Shown here: in pieces, positions 55,501-64,000 of the stretch
How the letters are laid out: each line of letters starts with the position of its first letter
Numbering within the stretch: position 1 is the first letter of the stretch
DNA from: Phoronis australis
Lineage: Eukaryota > Animalia > Phoronida
Reading direction: 5' to 3'
Length of the DNA: 64,000 bases
Assembly (NCBI GenBank): GCA_002633005.1
Contig: NMRA01000385.1
Coordinates: 3,839-67,838 of the forward strand
Program-made: the position numbers and the translations under genes
Notes under the pieces: model-generated
What the model was told of the DNA's origin: nothing
Database searches by the model: none
What the model saw: the letters and a program-made list of their open reading frames with translations, nothing else

Positions 55501-58500
55501 TGGATTCAGCACCCGCGTATGTATGAGTCACCTGTCAATCACCTATGTTGTTGTCAAGGTAACATGCACTCCAGAGTTTTCAATCAGTTACGTCGTAGAT
55601 GTCTCAGACTCGAATGGGAATGGTAAGAATTTAGTTCAAGCTGAAACTGCCCAATGTAGAAACAAAAATATTCGGGAAGCTAAAAGGCTAGGTGGATACG
55701 ATAATCCACAGTTACGCCTGTAGCAAGAAATCGTACTATAAAGAACCGCCTGCGACTTTCGGGCGGAATCTGCTAACGCCAACTTGTCTGAGATGAAATA
55801 AGTGAAAAACAAAATTTGACATGCAGTTTTTTATTTCTTCACGATTATACAGAAACATCCAGTAACGTAGTGCCAGCCTTTGAATTCAGAAATCGAGAGA
55901 CAGCNATAAAGAACCGCCAGCGACTTTCAGGCGGAATCTGCTAACGCCAACTTGTCTGAGATGAAATAAGTGAAAAACAAAATTTGACATGCAGTTTTTT
56001 ATTTCTTCACGATTATACAGAAACATCCAGTAACGTATTGCCAACCTTTGAATTCAGAAATCGAGAGACAGCAAATCGGCCAGCTATGTAGGCCCTACAC
56101 TGTCCGTTCGGTCGCTACACATCCTCGATAACCTGGCAATTACACTCATCAAAATAGGGAGAATTTGTCTTCTTTCCTTGAGTTGTGGAAATCCTTCAAA
56201 ACACGAGAGCTTCCTACCAAACACGAATTGAAAGGGTTGGCAAAACCACTGTCACATTTCTCTGGCCCGATTTTTTTCGAATATATGTTTTATCCTGTGC
56301 ACTGCAGACTGAAACTCAGCGCGGCAGACCACATCGCTAAAAGCGGAAGCATTGAAGCCGGCGGGGTTCATAAACTTTGCGAACATGGGAAGAAAATAAA
56401 GTTACAAAAAGTTCAAGTATTATATTTTGAAGTAAATCCGTGACCCGAGACAAGGATTCGTTACTTGTATTATAATTCACATTGCCAAACCGCCGACTCG
56501 GAGGCCGTAGTTGCACTCTAGTTGTGATCATCGATCTAAAAGTCGGGGAATCACGCGTTTGCGTAGCACTGGGCGCTAAATCTTCAATCTTTAAAAGTCG
56601 GGGATGGGCGCTTAGCCGAGAGGTGGGCGCTTAACTGGAAATTTTCAAAAATCGCAGATAGGCAGTTAAATCGAAAATCCACCTAAAGTAGGGGGTGGGC
56701 GGTTAACTGAGCATGGGCGTTAACTCGAACGTTTGCGGTAATGCTTTACCATGTTGGATGTTATGCACCATAGCTACGGTCAAAACTATTTTGAAAAAAA
56801 AATGTGTGCCTTCACACAATGTTAGAAAAACTTGAAAAGGGGAAAAATGGGTGAGACAGCACTGTGACTGAGATTTCAACAAAGAGAGTTCAGATGAGGA
56901 ACACAGGTCTGGGCTGTTTTCCATAGACACAAGAATTTCACACAAAATGCTATCGTGGTCACGTAAATCACCTTTTATACAAATTATCCCGAGAAGTTTT
57001 GGGTGATCCTTCATTTTCACAGCATTCTCGCCTCTTCGGTATGTATACCTGATTGATGGTAGTCAGCTGACACTGTGGTAACTTAATTGTGACAGAGTGG
57101 GACATTATTTCCCCAGGCATTGCTGCTGAAAATTTATTGAATAGTCGACTTCCACATTTTTAACATCAACGTGACTTCGATAAAGATTCAATTAGTATAA
57201 CTGAATATTGTCACCTGAAATTTCTGACTTTTTGGAGGCGTTGTTTCAGAACATCTTTTGAGTGCATGCTTATGACTTGATGTCAGGACTCTTATGACAA
57301 AGCTTTTGCTGATGTTTCAGAACCCCTTGAGGGCATGTTTATGATTGACGTCTATGACACAGCCTATGCTGAGGCCAACCTTGGGATCCTCAACATCAAG
57401 TTTGACATGTTCCGCCTCCAAGTCTGTTTCCGTGGTTACATCCGCTACAATCTTAATATGGCTAAGGTAATTAGGCGGATTCTGTATGAGTACTGTAACA
57501 CTATTCTATTAATACTATGAGCTATAAACTTTTAAATAGAGACAATATATCATTTTGAAATTCACATATTAATTTGTTAGGTATTTGTTCTTGGGCACAA
57601 TGCATCAAAAGTCATAAGTCCTTCGGTCATAGCTGCGGCTTTCTCAGGCACGTTATTGAAATTGCAATGCAACGATTCTATAGAGGAGCAAAAATGTTGC
57701 AACTGGCTTAAATTTGATAATTGTTTATTTTCATATTTAATTATCATTTTCAGCAGTCAGGTTAATGAACTGTGTGAAAACTAATAGCATAGTTTCGGCT
57801 GTATTAGCTAAGGTCGGACTGACAACTTTGATGAAATTTGCCCAGGTGACAGTCTCGAAAGGGACTCGACTATGTTCACTAAATTTTCTTCATTTTTACT
57901 TAAAATGACACTTCATTTTCCAGTTATCTGAAACATGAGGCCTTGTTTCAATTAAAATAAATAAGGACTAAGTGCTTAAATTAGGGGCATTGCATGAAAA
58001 ATAGGTACCTTTTCATTCACTGCCTTTAATTTAAGACCAATACTCTCTTTGTATTTTGAATAATACATGCTAAAAATTTAACATGTAGTTTTCTCTTGAT
58101 ATGTATCAAAGCTAAATCTTGGTTTAGCGATGGAGATAAAACAGTGTTTGCATTAAGTCTACAAATGTGCTGAAAATTTAAGGATTTCCATGGATCTGGA
58201 CTCAGGTATGCAACTTGTCAAGAAAAACTTGGGGAATTGTCAAAATATTTTGCCACCCTGGTTAACTTAAGGAATGTAAAAAGATAAAACCTGTAGGACA
58301 ACCGTGGAACACTTTGTGAGAAACTATCATTTTGAAAGTCCTGTTGTGAGTTCAAGTGGAATCAATTAGATTTCACAATTATCAGGAATCGTTGTAACAC
58401 TGTCGTTTAATAATTCAGGAAAATTGGAAATTATATCCTGCCAAATCCTGGAAAAGCAAAGAAAAGTCATTATTGGTTCATTTTTAGATCGAGAGTAATC

Positions 58501-61500
58501 CCACATTATGTGGAAGAAACTAACTTTTGATTTAGACCGCTTTTACTACAATGAAGCTAGGCTCAACTTGATCCTTACTCAGTTGAGATGTGATTTTTGT
58601 CTCTCAATAAGTTGCTAGTTTGTTAGTTTTAGAGACCATGATCAGCAGGTGAGTAAGATGCCATGCTGCTGTGACAAGTCATCTTGTCGATTATTGTCTA
58701 AGCAATAACGATAAGTTTCAACCAAGTCCAGAAATCACAGTTAGTAAGAGTGAGGAACAATTTGAGACTAAATTCTTAGTGGTAAGTTGCCTAAATCAAT
58801 AACTGGTGTTTATGACTGGGAAGGTGGATTTATTGCCACTTTAAATTTTATTTGAAGTATTGTGACGATATTCCAGTTAGTCTTGCCATTCAATGATATA
58901 TGTCTTGTGGGAGACGCCTTGATGCTCAGAGGAAGATAATATTGTTCAACAATAGTCAGTCTATTTGTACCTAGTGGGCCATTTAAGTAAAGGGAAACCA
59001 TTGTTTGCTCGAATCATTCTTACTCACAGGTATTATTTCATTTTCAGGAATTTGGTATAAACTCGGTTCAAGATCTCGTTAACATATTTGACACACTTTA
59101 CGACCAGTTCGTCACACCCATTGAGACTGCAGTCGATAGTTTCATGGGCATTTTCCAGAGCATAAATAAGCAAGGCGGCTTTGGAGTAAGTAAAAAACTC
59201 TATACAAGTAACAGGGTTGTGGAACCATCACGAGAAGTTTATATTTTTATGGTATGTTGAGGCATACTAGTTAGGACATCTGTGTGTATCAGGGGTACAC
59301 TCAGTTGACAAAAGAATCTCAATTGCCAAAAAACAAGATCCACAAAACCACGCAAAATCACACAAATGAAAGTTTCCTGTTTTCCGAGTTAATAAGGAGC
59401 TAACTAGCAGAGTTATTGGTTGGTAATGCTGAATATTACGTTTTTGTTGCATTGTTTCTGGTCATTGAACTGTTTCTGGTCACTGAACTGTTTCTGGTCA
59501 TAGCAAAGTTTCTGGTCATTGAACTGTTTCTGGTCATTGCACTGTTTCTTGGTGCTAGTGCTTCCCGAATGTCTTGTGTAGGGAACACATTGCAATTAAT
59601 CGTAGTGTGTGTAACAGCTAGGAATCAGTACTGGTAACAGTAAAATCTGATCAATTTTAGCCAAAAACAATTTCCAAAGTCACTAATTTTCAAAGGCTTC
59701 TAACATTGTTAGGAATACACATAGTGTACCTAAATATCCAACGGACCTAAATATGGGACTTTATCTGAAGCATAATCTGAGAAATAAATGACATCAATTT
59801 CCATCCCGTTGAAATCCATTGAGTAACTGGCACTGTCTTATGTTTTATAGGGTTGCCTCATTTTGATTTCACCCTGAGAGGGTGCAATTTAGATCCCCTA
59901 AGTCTGCCCACAACGAACAATTGCGTAAAACGGTAATAGTAGGTGAAACCAAGATCTTTCTCCACAGTGAAATCGATCTCAAATGAGCTTACAGGCTCCT
60001 CTGCTTTGTTTTTTCATTTGTATTTAAACTCAAGTCAAAACCTTGCTGCATAGGTGCGTGTGTCATATCTACTAAAACTGTAGTGAGATTGCACATGCTT
60101 TAGTCATCTGCACTGATTCATTGAAACAACGCAGTGCTGTCATAAGATTACATTTTATGGATAATGTTGCAAACAGAGCTGTGTTCTACCAGCAAATATA
60201 TCAAAACACACGAGCTGCAATTTGGCGACAAGTGCTCGTGGCCATAACTTGGTTAGTCAGTTTTCTGCTGTGTGGTGGATGCGAAACATGGTGTCCGATA
60301 TTTAGATTCTCCAAGGGTTTACTAGTTCTCTTTTTTAAAGATCAATCAGAACATAAACTTGACATGTGGTGACATGATATATTAACAGAGCAATTCTTTA
60401 AAAGTAAGTATTTTTTCTATAAAGAATTTACAACCTGTAGTATTTCCAATTAAGTATAGTGTAAAGTATGCCAAAACATCGATATTTAGAGTGCTTGACT
60501 GTTACCCTAATTTCTCTAGACATTATTGGAGGATTGCTTTGATGGTCTACAATTTAAAAGTAAACATTTATGTGGCCAGTGTTTCTTATCCTTTATGAAC
60601 AGAATGAAAATAAAGTTTCAATAATTTTTTTTGCCACTATTTAGCTTTAATAATAAATTACACTAAAACTATTCATTATGCTTGCACTGTTTTAGTTTTT
60701 ACTCATTGCTTAACTAACACAGACATTGTGCTATTCACAGATACAATTAGTAGTTTTCATAATAAACAACACCGGCTTCAACAGAATTCTGTCATATTCT
60801 ATCAAACTTGGGTGAATAGGTAGACTTACTTAGCAGTTAGTTCAACAATTGTCCAGCAGTAAAATGGCATTTTTTGTTACACTTAAGTGAGAGGTTTAGG
60901 TGAGGTTATAGCACCTAGACAACTGTTTGTTTGTGAATTGTGAGACAAGTGTGTGGTGCCACACCTGTCAGGAATTGGTAGACAATTTGCCACAATTGAA
61001 CGGTGCTCTAGTCTAATAATTTGCAGTTTTGTGAAAATTGAATTTTGATGTTATCCAGTTTATTTTGAACTACAGTACTTAAGACGCTATTGGAAAAAAA
61101 AGTAGTATTGCACTTCACTATGTTTAATATATTGTGATGTTATCCCTTTTTTATTGTATGATTTGATGGGTCATGTGTGTCCATTCATTAAAGAAATATG
61201 GCTCTACACTTGAACAAATTGCTTTGTGTTGAACATTAATTAAATTTGTTGTTTTTATAGGCCTTGTTCAAATCCTTTGCCCAAACCATTATTGACCTTC
61301 CCAAGAACATCGTCAAAACTGCTGAAGCGCTGGCAAGCTGGACTGGGAAAACCACCAATTGTCTCCCTTGGGTGACAGCAGTCCGGAAAGTTGTTCTCAG
61401 AATCAAGTTTTTCATTAATGATGTGAAAATGGACATCGAGAATTTTGTAACGGTAATACATTAAAAATCTTGTAGAAGTCTTGTCTTAAATTTTACCCCA

Positions 61501-64000
61501 GTGATAGTTGCATTTACTAAATTTTAATCAAGAGAGAACATGTCTTGAATTTTGCTGGCGTAGTTGATTTCATATTTGCCAGTTTGGAACTCAGAAAGAT
61601 TTTTATGCGCCTACATATTGATATGTGGATGCATTACACCGTCATCTCCGTCCGTCCGTCCGGCGTCCGCTGCTTTATCTCCAAAACTCTTTTACTTACA
61701 TTCATGAAATTTTACACATATGTTCCTTTCATAGATGGGACGGCATGAGCTTACTTTCGGACAGATCCAACTACCGGTGTGCCCCCTAGTGGTAATTTTA
61801 GTGTTTTGCGTTTACATAGTCTGTATCTTCAAAGGTCCTCAACATATTTTCATAAAATTTGGCAAATAGGCATCTGTAGTTGGTAAGATGATGCTATCCT
61901 CCCGTTTTCGGATGGATTCGACATAGTTTGCACCACCTAGTGGCCATTTTTGCTGGTTTCAAGTCTGATTTTGGCATCCACCCCTCTATCAAACAAACCG
62001 CTGGAAGTATGATTCTGAAAATTGGCATGTATGTTCTTACTATGAAGAGAACGACTGACAATGATTTTCCGATGATTTCAGCAACTGTGGCGCCTCCTAG
62101 TGGCAGTTTCTTTGCGCTCATGGCTGATTTAACAAGTGTGTTGATATGATGTTGACAACGGATGGTGACGACTTTCGGACGGATCTGACTACCATTGTGC
62201 CCCCTAGTGACAATTTTAGGTTTTTATGTTCACCTCTGTATCTTCAAAGGTGCTCTATGTATTTTCATAAAATTTGGCATATAGGCATGCATCTGTTAGA
62301 GAGATTACGTTATCCTCCTGTTTTCAGATGGATTCGATGTAGTGTGCGCCACCTAGTGGTCATGTGTACTGTTGTTGAGTCTTATTTTTGGGCATCCACT
62401 CCTTGATCAGCCAAACCATTCTAAGGATGATTTTTGAAATTGGCGTATATGTTCTCAGTGTGAAGAGGACTGTTGGCGATAACGACTTCGTACTGTGGCG
62501 TCTCCTAGTGGCAGCTTTGTTTTGGTCTGTGTCCATAGCTGTATCTCCTAAACTCACTGCGGGATCTTTATTAAATTTAGTAATTGTATTTATATGAAGC
62601 TAACAGACGACGTCTTACAGGCAGATCTAATGAACGCTGTGCCCCATGATGGCAATTTCATTTTTTCCCTTTTTTCCAGATTTTTATGAAATTTGGTCAA
62701 TAGTTCTGTTAAAGAAGCAATGCCATGTTCTAGTTTTCAGATGGATTGAACGCTTTTTTGCCATCTAGTAGCCATTTTTATGAAACAAACAACCCTAGAA
62801 GCACACCGTTTGCGGTGCATTTGTGGGCACATTTCAAAGCTCCGCATTGCTCTTGTCTTCACTGGAAGGACAACAGTTGAATTGGATCTTTCATAATATA
62901 CAGTAAGCCATATATTTGCGATTTTTACAGACAATTCATAAAGAGAGTTCCTCTGAGGTGGTCTTTTTGTGGTATACCTCGAAATATTACAAAAAATATT
63001 TTGAAAATTCCTTGCTACTCAAAAATCCCTATAGATGAATTTTCCTCATCTCTGTCTGTTTGTTTTCAAGTAATTTCATTTAAACAGCAAAGAAGCAAAC
63101 AGGGACCTGAAGAACTTGTGTCATGGTTTTAGATCCTTTGAAGATGTCTAACTTCATTGGAAGTTAATTTCAATGATTAGATTGTCCATAACCATGGTAC
63201 CAATAGCTCATGATTTTACAACTGGTGGCAAAGTGGAAGCTGAGAATTTGGGTATTTCCATACAATGTTCCAGGGTGAACTTTCATTGTTGAGGTGAAAC
63301 TGGATGTGCTGCTCAGATGGGTGACTTTTCTCCTGTTTTGTTCATGACCAGTTTCCATAGTAAAGGGTGGCTTATGTGACAAAACTCAATGCTATAATAA
63401 TTTATTTTTGTTAATTCGAAATTCTGAAAAAGGTTCCACTTTGCTACTATACATTTGGGTTTTTAATAATATTGTCCTTAGTTTAGTTTTATTGTGTGTT
63501 GCAAGAAACGTACTCTTTTTTATCAGCAATAAAAAGCCTCTCTTGTACTGTTTCAAGCTTAGTAGTTTGAAAGACAACTGCTCAAGAATCACTACAAAAT
63601 GTTTTGGTTGATGGAATTATTCCTTTCAAAAGTGTGATGTTTTTGAAACAAAATTCTCTGTCAAGATGACATTTTCATAGAGACTCCCCTCAAACAGGTT
63701 CCTTTTTCGAATTCATTCTCTTCATGGGTGGGATGGGTATCTTAATTTTTCGATCTGCATTCATCACAAAACAACTGAGTATCTCCTTGCATGATTCAAA
63801 GTAAACTGCCACAGACTCTTACCAAATCATCACTTTGTGTTCTTGAATTGTGTGCCTCAAACATTGAGTCATGCTTCTTGCAGGACGTTTTGACTGTCGG
63901 GACTATGCATGATTCTTTGAGCTTCATGATGTTTTAAGAAATCTGAGCCAATCAAAGTACTTTCAACTGTTTTCAGACAATTCTTGATGCCATTCAAGTG
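28339..64000 (+). CDS. Multi-exon gene, 3' incomplete: secreted large lipid transfer protein-like (vitellogenin-N / MTP / apolipophorin superfamily)
   Basis: 18 GT-AG exons join without stops into 815 aa. Kozak gccATGg; signal peptide; motifs FLPGIDYHYTY, KPFLFELTPVGLIEFVHVHPEE..MLKKAITSLL, MIDMIAALDTPISQ, ACLTVGGMA, LHALSNA, WRRAALEAM and D..DVVRQQAY occur in LLT-module order. Confidence 0.85.
30647..31119. mobile_element. MITE (Harbinger-like ends) present only in the first duplicate unit
   Basis: TIR aggccctttcgtactgac / gttagtatgaaaggccct; subterminal ccggagttaagcgttcatactg repeats; absent at the equivalent site ~35294. Confidence 0.8.
31899..32098 (+). repeat. ~100-bp tandem duplication
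   Basis: taacagttttttactaggttaaag...cctaacagaacataatttag occurs twice. Confidence 0.9.
38521..38620 (+). CDS. LLTP-like exon 2
   Basis: tttcag|LRIRHHENIDEISGTVYSLHVDSVSQSLTGKDI|gtgagt; phase 0 to 1. Confidence 0.88.
39812..39961 (+). mobile_element. Short G/C-tract MITE (CAGTGGCGGATT start)
   Basis: cagtggcggatttaaggggggg...ggatccccc; opposite-orientation copy at ~43557-43712; a probable further copy spans the gap at 51987-52200. Confidence 0.6.
40114..40150 (+). CDS. LLTP-like exon 3 (37-nt microexon)
   Basis: ttttcag|(V)TTNPEKWDLTK(P)|gtaagt; phase 1 to 2, required to bridge exons 2 and 4. Confidence 0.85.
40540..40660 (+). CDS. LLTP-like exon 4
   Basis: ttccag|FLFELTPVGLIEFVHVHPEEHDEVSMLKKAITSLLIAHKP|gtaagt; matches the LLTP NIKRGI.SLL motif region; phase 2 to 0. 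Confidence 0.92.
41039..41290 (+). mobile_element. Short MITE-like repeat, same family as 306-490
   Basis: catgagcgcacccagcctaaaa...gctgaccttttt...ggtgcgcgcatgc. Confidence 0.6.
42019..42165 (+). CDS. LLTP-like exon 5
   Basis: ttgtag|PGDSNKFKKREVDHGGSGEYEYEVDHLSDGVRVRRSLKNESDVIKDHDK|gtgacc; phase 0 to 0. Confidence 0.85.
42634..42781 (+). CDS. LLTP-like exon 6
   Basis: ttccag|TIHINNDGTIHRVESVDKIILKNRISLAQVYQHNTEYEGLAEIPEESSG|gtgtgt; phase 0 to 1; donor could be 3 nt earlier. Confidence 0.85.
43241..43362 (+). CDS. LLTP-like exon 7
   Basis: cgccag|(D)FPTLYTMSHTHLHLTNQLSHSEPIKMVRDMLVKQSIEVEQ|gtgagc; phase 1 to 0. Confidence 0.87.
44348..44435 (+). CDS. LLTP-like exon 8
   Basis: ttccag|PKAKVITDSDAAMEDIEKEMNCSRITPVK|gtatgt; phase 0 to 1. 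Confidence 0.85.
44818..45107 (+). CDS. LLTP-like exon 9 (alpha-helical domain)
   Basis: ttgcag|(T)NTNRTECIRRLRVTL...MIDMIAALDTPISQRMILKY...LQYPIE|gtaatg; phase 1 to 0. Confidence 0.92.
45807..47758 (+). mobile_element. Kolobok family A deletion derivative in intron 9
   Basis: TTAA at 45803-45806 and 47759-47762; TIR aggagaatgccaccc / gggtggcactctcct (14 of 15 match); THAP remnant 45979-46171 (+); Cys-rich remnant ~46295-46680 (-). Confidence 0.9.
47876..47930 (+). CDS. LLTP-like exon 10
   Basis: poly-T..tgcag|ASVKAVEDLCFGKDFELH|gtaaga; phase 0 to 1. Confidence 0.88.
49205..49363 (+). CDS. LLTP-like exon 11
   Basis: tttcag|(G)MDIVVPNRTNETDTLRRACLTVGGMASSLNKTNPARAAQIVGHLTTWLERHN|gtaaat; phase 1 to 1. 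Confidence 0.9.
50091..50287 (+). CDS. LLTP-like exon 12
   Basis: tttcag|(D)RTKRSADDMDYNYEYYTGMIMLHALSNAAHHTSFKLFKRYAAPNQGHSAWRRAALEAMKFYPHDE|gtatga; LHALSNA corresponds to LLTP LKALGNAG; phase 1 to 0. Confidence 0.92.
51017..52536. mobile_element. Non-autonomous DNA transposon in intron 12
   Basis: Perfect 17-bp inverted ends tatagacccaattcacg / cgtgaattgggtctata plus inner inverted gcgaggctcactacgata / tatcgtagcgagcctcgt; superfamily not assigned; includes N-gap 52027-52171. Confidence 0.8.
52839..52969 (+). CDS. LLTP-like exon 13
   Basis: tttaag|SAEILITLAFHDHHDVVRQQAYRTYTEHPKRYQLTDAQRDIIL(R)|gtaagt; phase 0 to 2; AAG acceptor. Confidence 0.87.
53854..54035 (+). CDS. LLTP-like exon 14
   Basis: tttcag|RNASVVIPPNRDRRGIQDFLNKGLHWEIEIPGFSWTKVIGSTAIGASFGVILRNKMFLDL|gtaagt; phase 2 to 1. 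Confidence 0.92.
54134..56738. mobile_element. TA-flanked Tc1/mariner-pogo-like non-autonomous element in intron 14
   Basis: TA-ccgtaaacgttc ... gaacgtttgcgg-TA; subterminal gggtgggcggttaactga.catgggcg block at both ends; no recognisable transposase. Confidence 0.75.
55738..56072 (+). repeat. 167-bp tandem pair split by a single N (likely assembly overlap)
   Basis: 55738-55904 and 55906-56072 are nearly identical, with N at 55905. Confidence 0.9.
57321..57466 (+). CDS. LLTP-like exon 15
   Basis: tttcag|(K)PLEGMFMIDVYDTAYAEANLGILNIKFDMFRLQVCFRGYIRYNLNMAK|gtaatt; phase 1 to 0. Confidence 0.92.
59048..59185 (+). CDS. LLTP-like exon 16
   Basis: tttcag|EFGINSVQDLVNIFDTLYDQFVTPIETAVDSFMGIFQSINKQGGFG|gtaagt; phase 0 to 0. 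Confidence 0.92.
59453..59549. repeat. 18-bp minisatellite, about 5 copies
   Basis: Unit tgtttctggtcattgaac with minor variants. Confidence 0.92.
61261..61452 (+). CDS. LLTP-like exon 17
   Basis: ttatag|ALFKSFAQTIIDLPKNIVKTAEALASWTGKTTNCLPWVTAVRKVVLRIKFFINDVKMDIENFVT|gtaata; phase 0 to 0. Confidence 0.9.
61600..62856 (+). mobile_element. Helentron-associated non-autonomous element (HINE / DINE-1-like) with internal satellite array
   Basis: Starts tttttatgc with a 5' hairpin, then (ccgt)n, about eight ~105-160-bp subrepeats carrying cctagtgg and aaatttggc, and a 3' hairpin caccg-tttg-cggtg. Confidence 0.7.
63977..64000 (+). CDS. LLTP-like exon 18 (partial, runs off window)
   Basis: gttttcag|TILDAIQV; phase 0; continues the amphipathic helix pattern. 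Confidence 0.7.

Noticed and set aside
59413-59637. NDQKQF repeat protein ORF
   Set aside because: Translation of an intronic 18-bp minisatellite.
28339-64000. Assigning a gene symbol (vtg, MTTP, APOB)
   Set aside because: Only superfamily-level motifs are recognisable and the architecture departs from each.

Overview
AT-rich animal genomic DNA, most likely from an invertebrate draft assembly with N-gaps; no operons, rRNA, tRNA or CRISPR. The first 28 kb is intergenic and full of non-autonomous DNA transposons and retroelement debris. From 28339 to the window end lies the 5' part of a + strand spliced gene. I traced 18 GT-AG exons by hand in one continuous phase-consistent frame (815 aa, continuing past 64000). 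The product is a secreted glycoprotein with a divergent vitellogenin-N / large lipid transfer (LLTP) module, furin-type sites and an early amphipathic helical region. The notable mobile elements are two unrelated families of TTAA-flanked Kolobok-type deletion derivatives. Each keeps a THAP zinc-finger start and, facing it, the start of a protein resembling the P2X7 cytoplasmic ballast domain (clear in family A, N-terminal motifs only in family B). A 4.5 kb tandem duplication in intron 1, joined by one N, is probably two haplotypes and exposes insertion polymorphisms. All family calls are by-eye motif recognition, not database searches.
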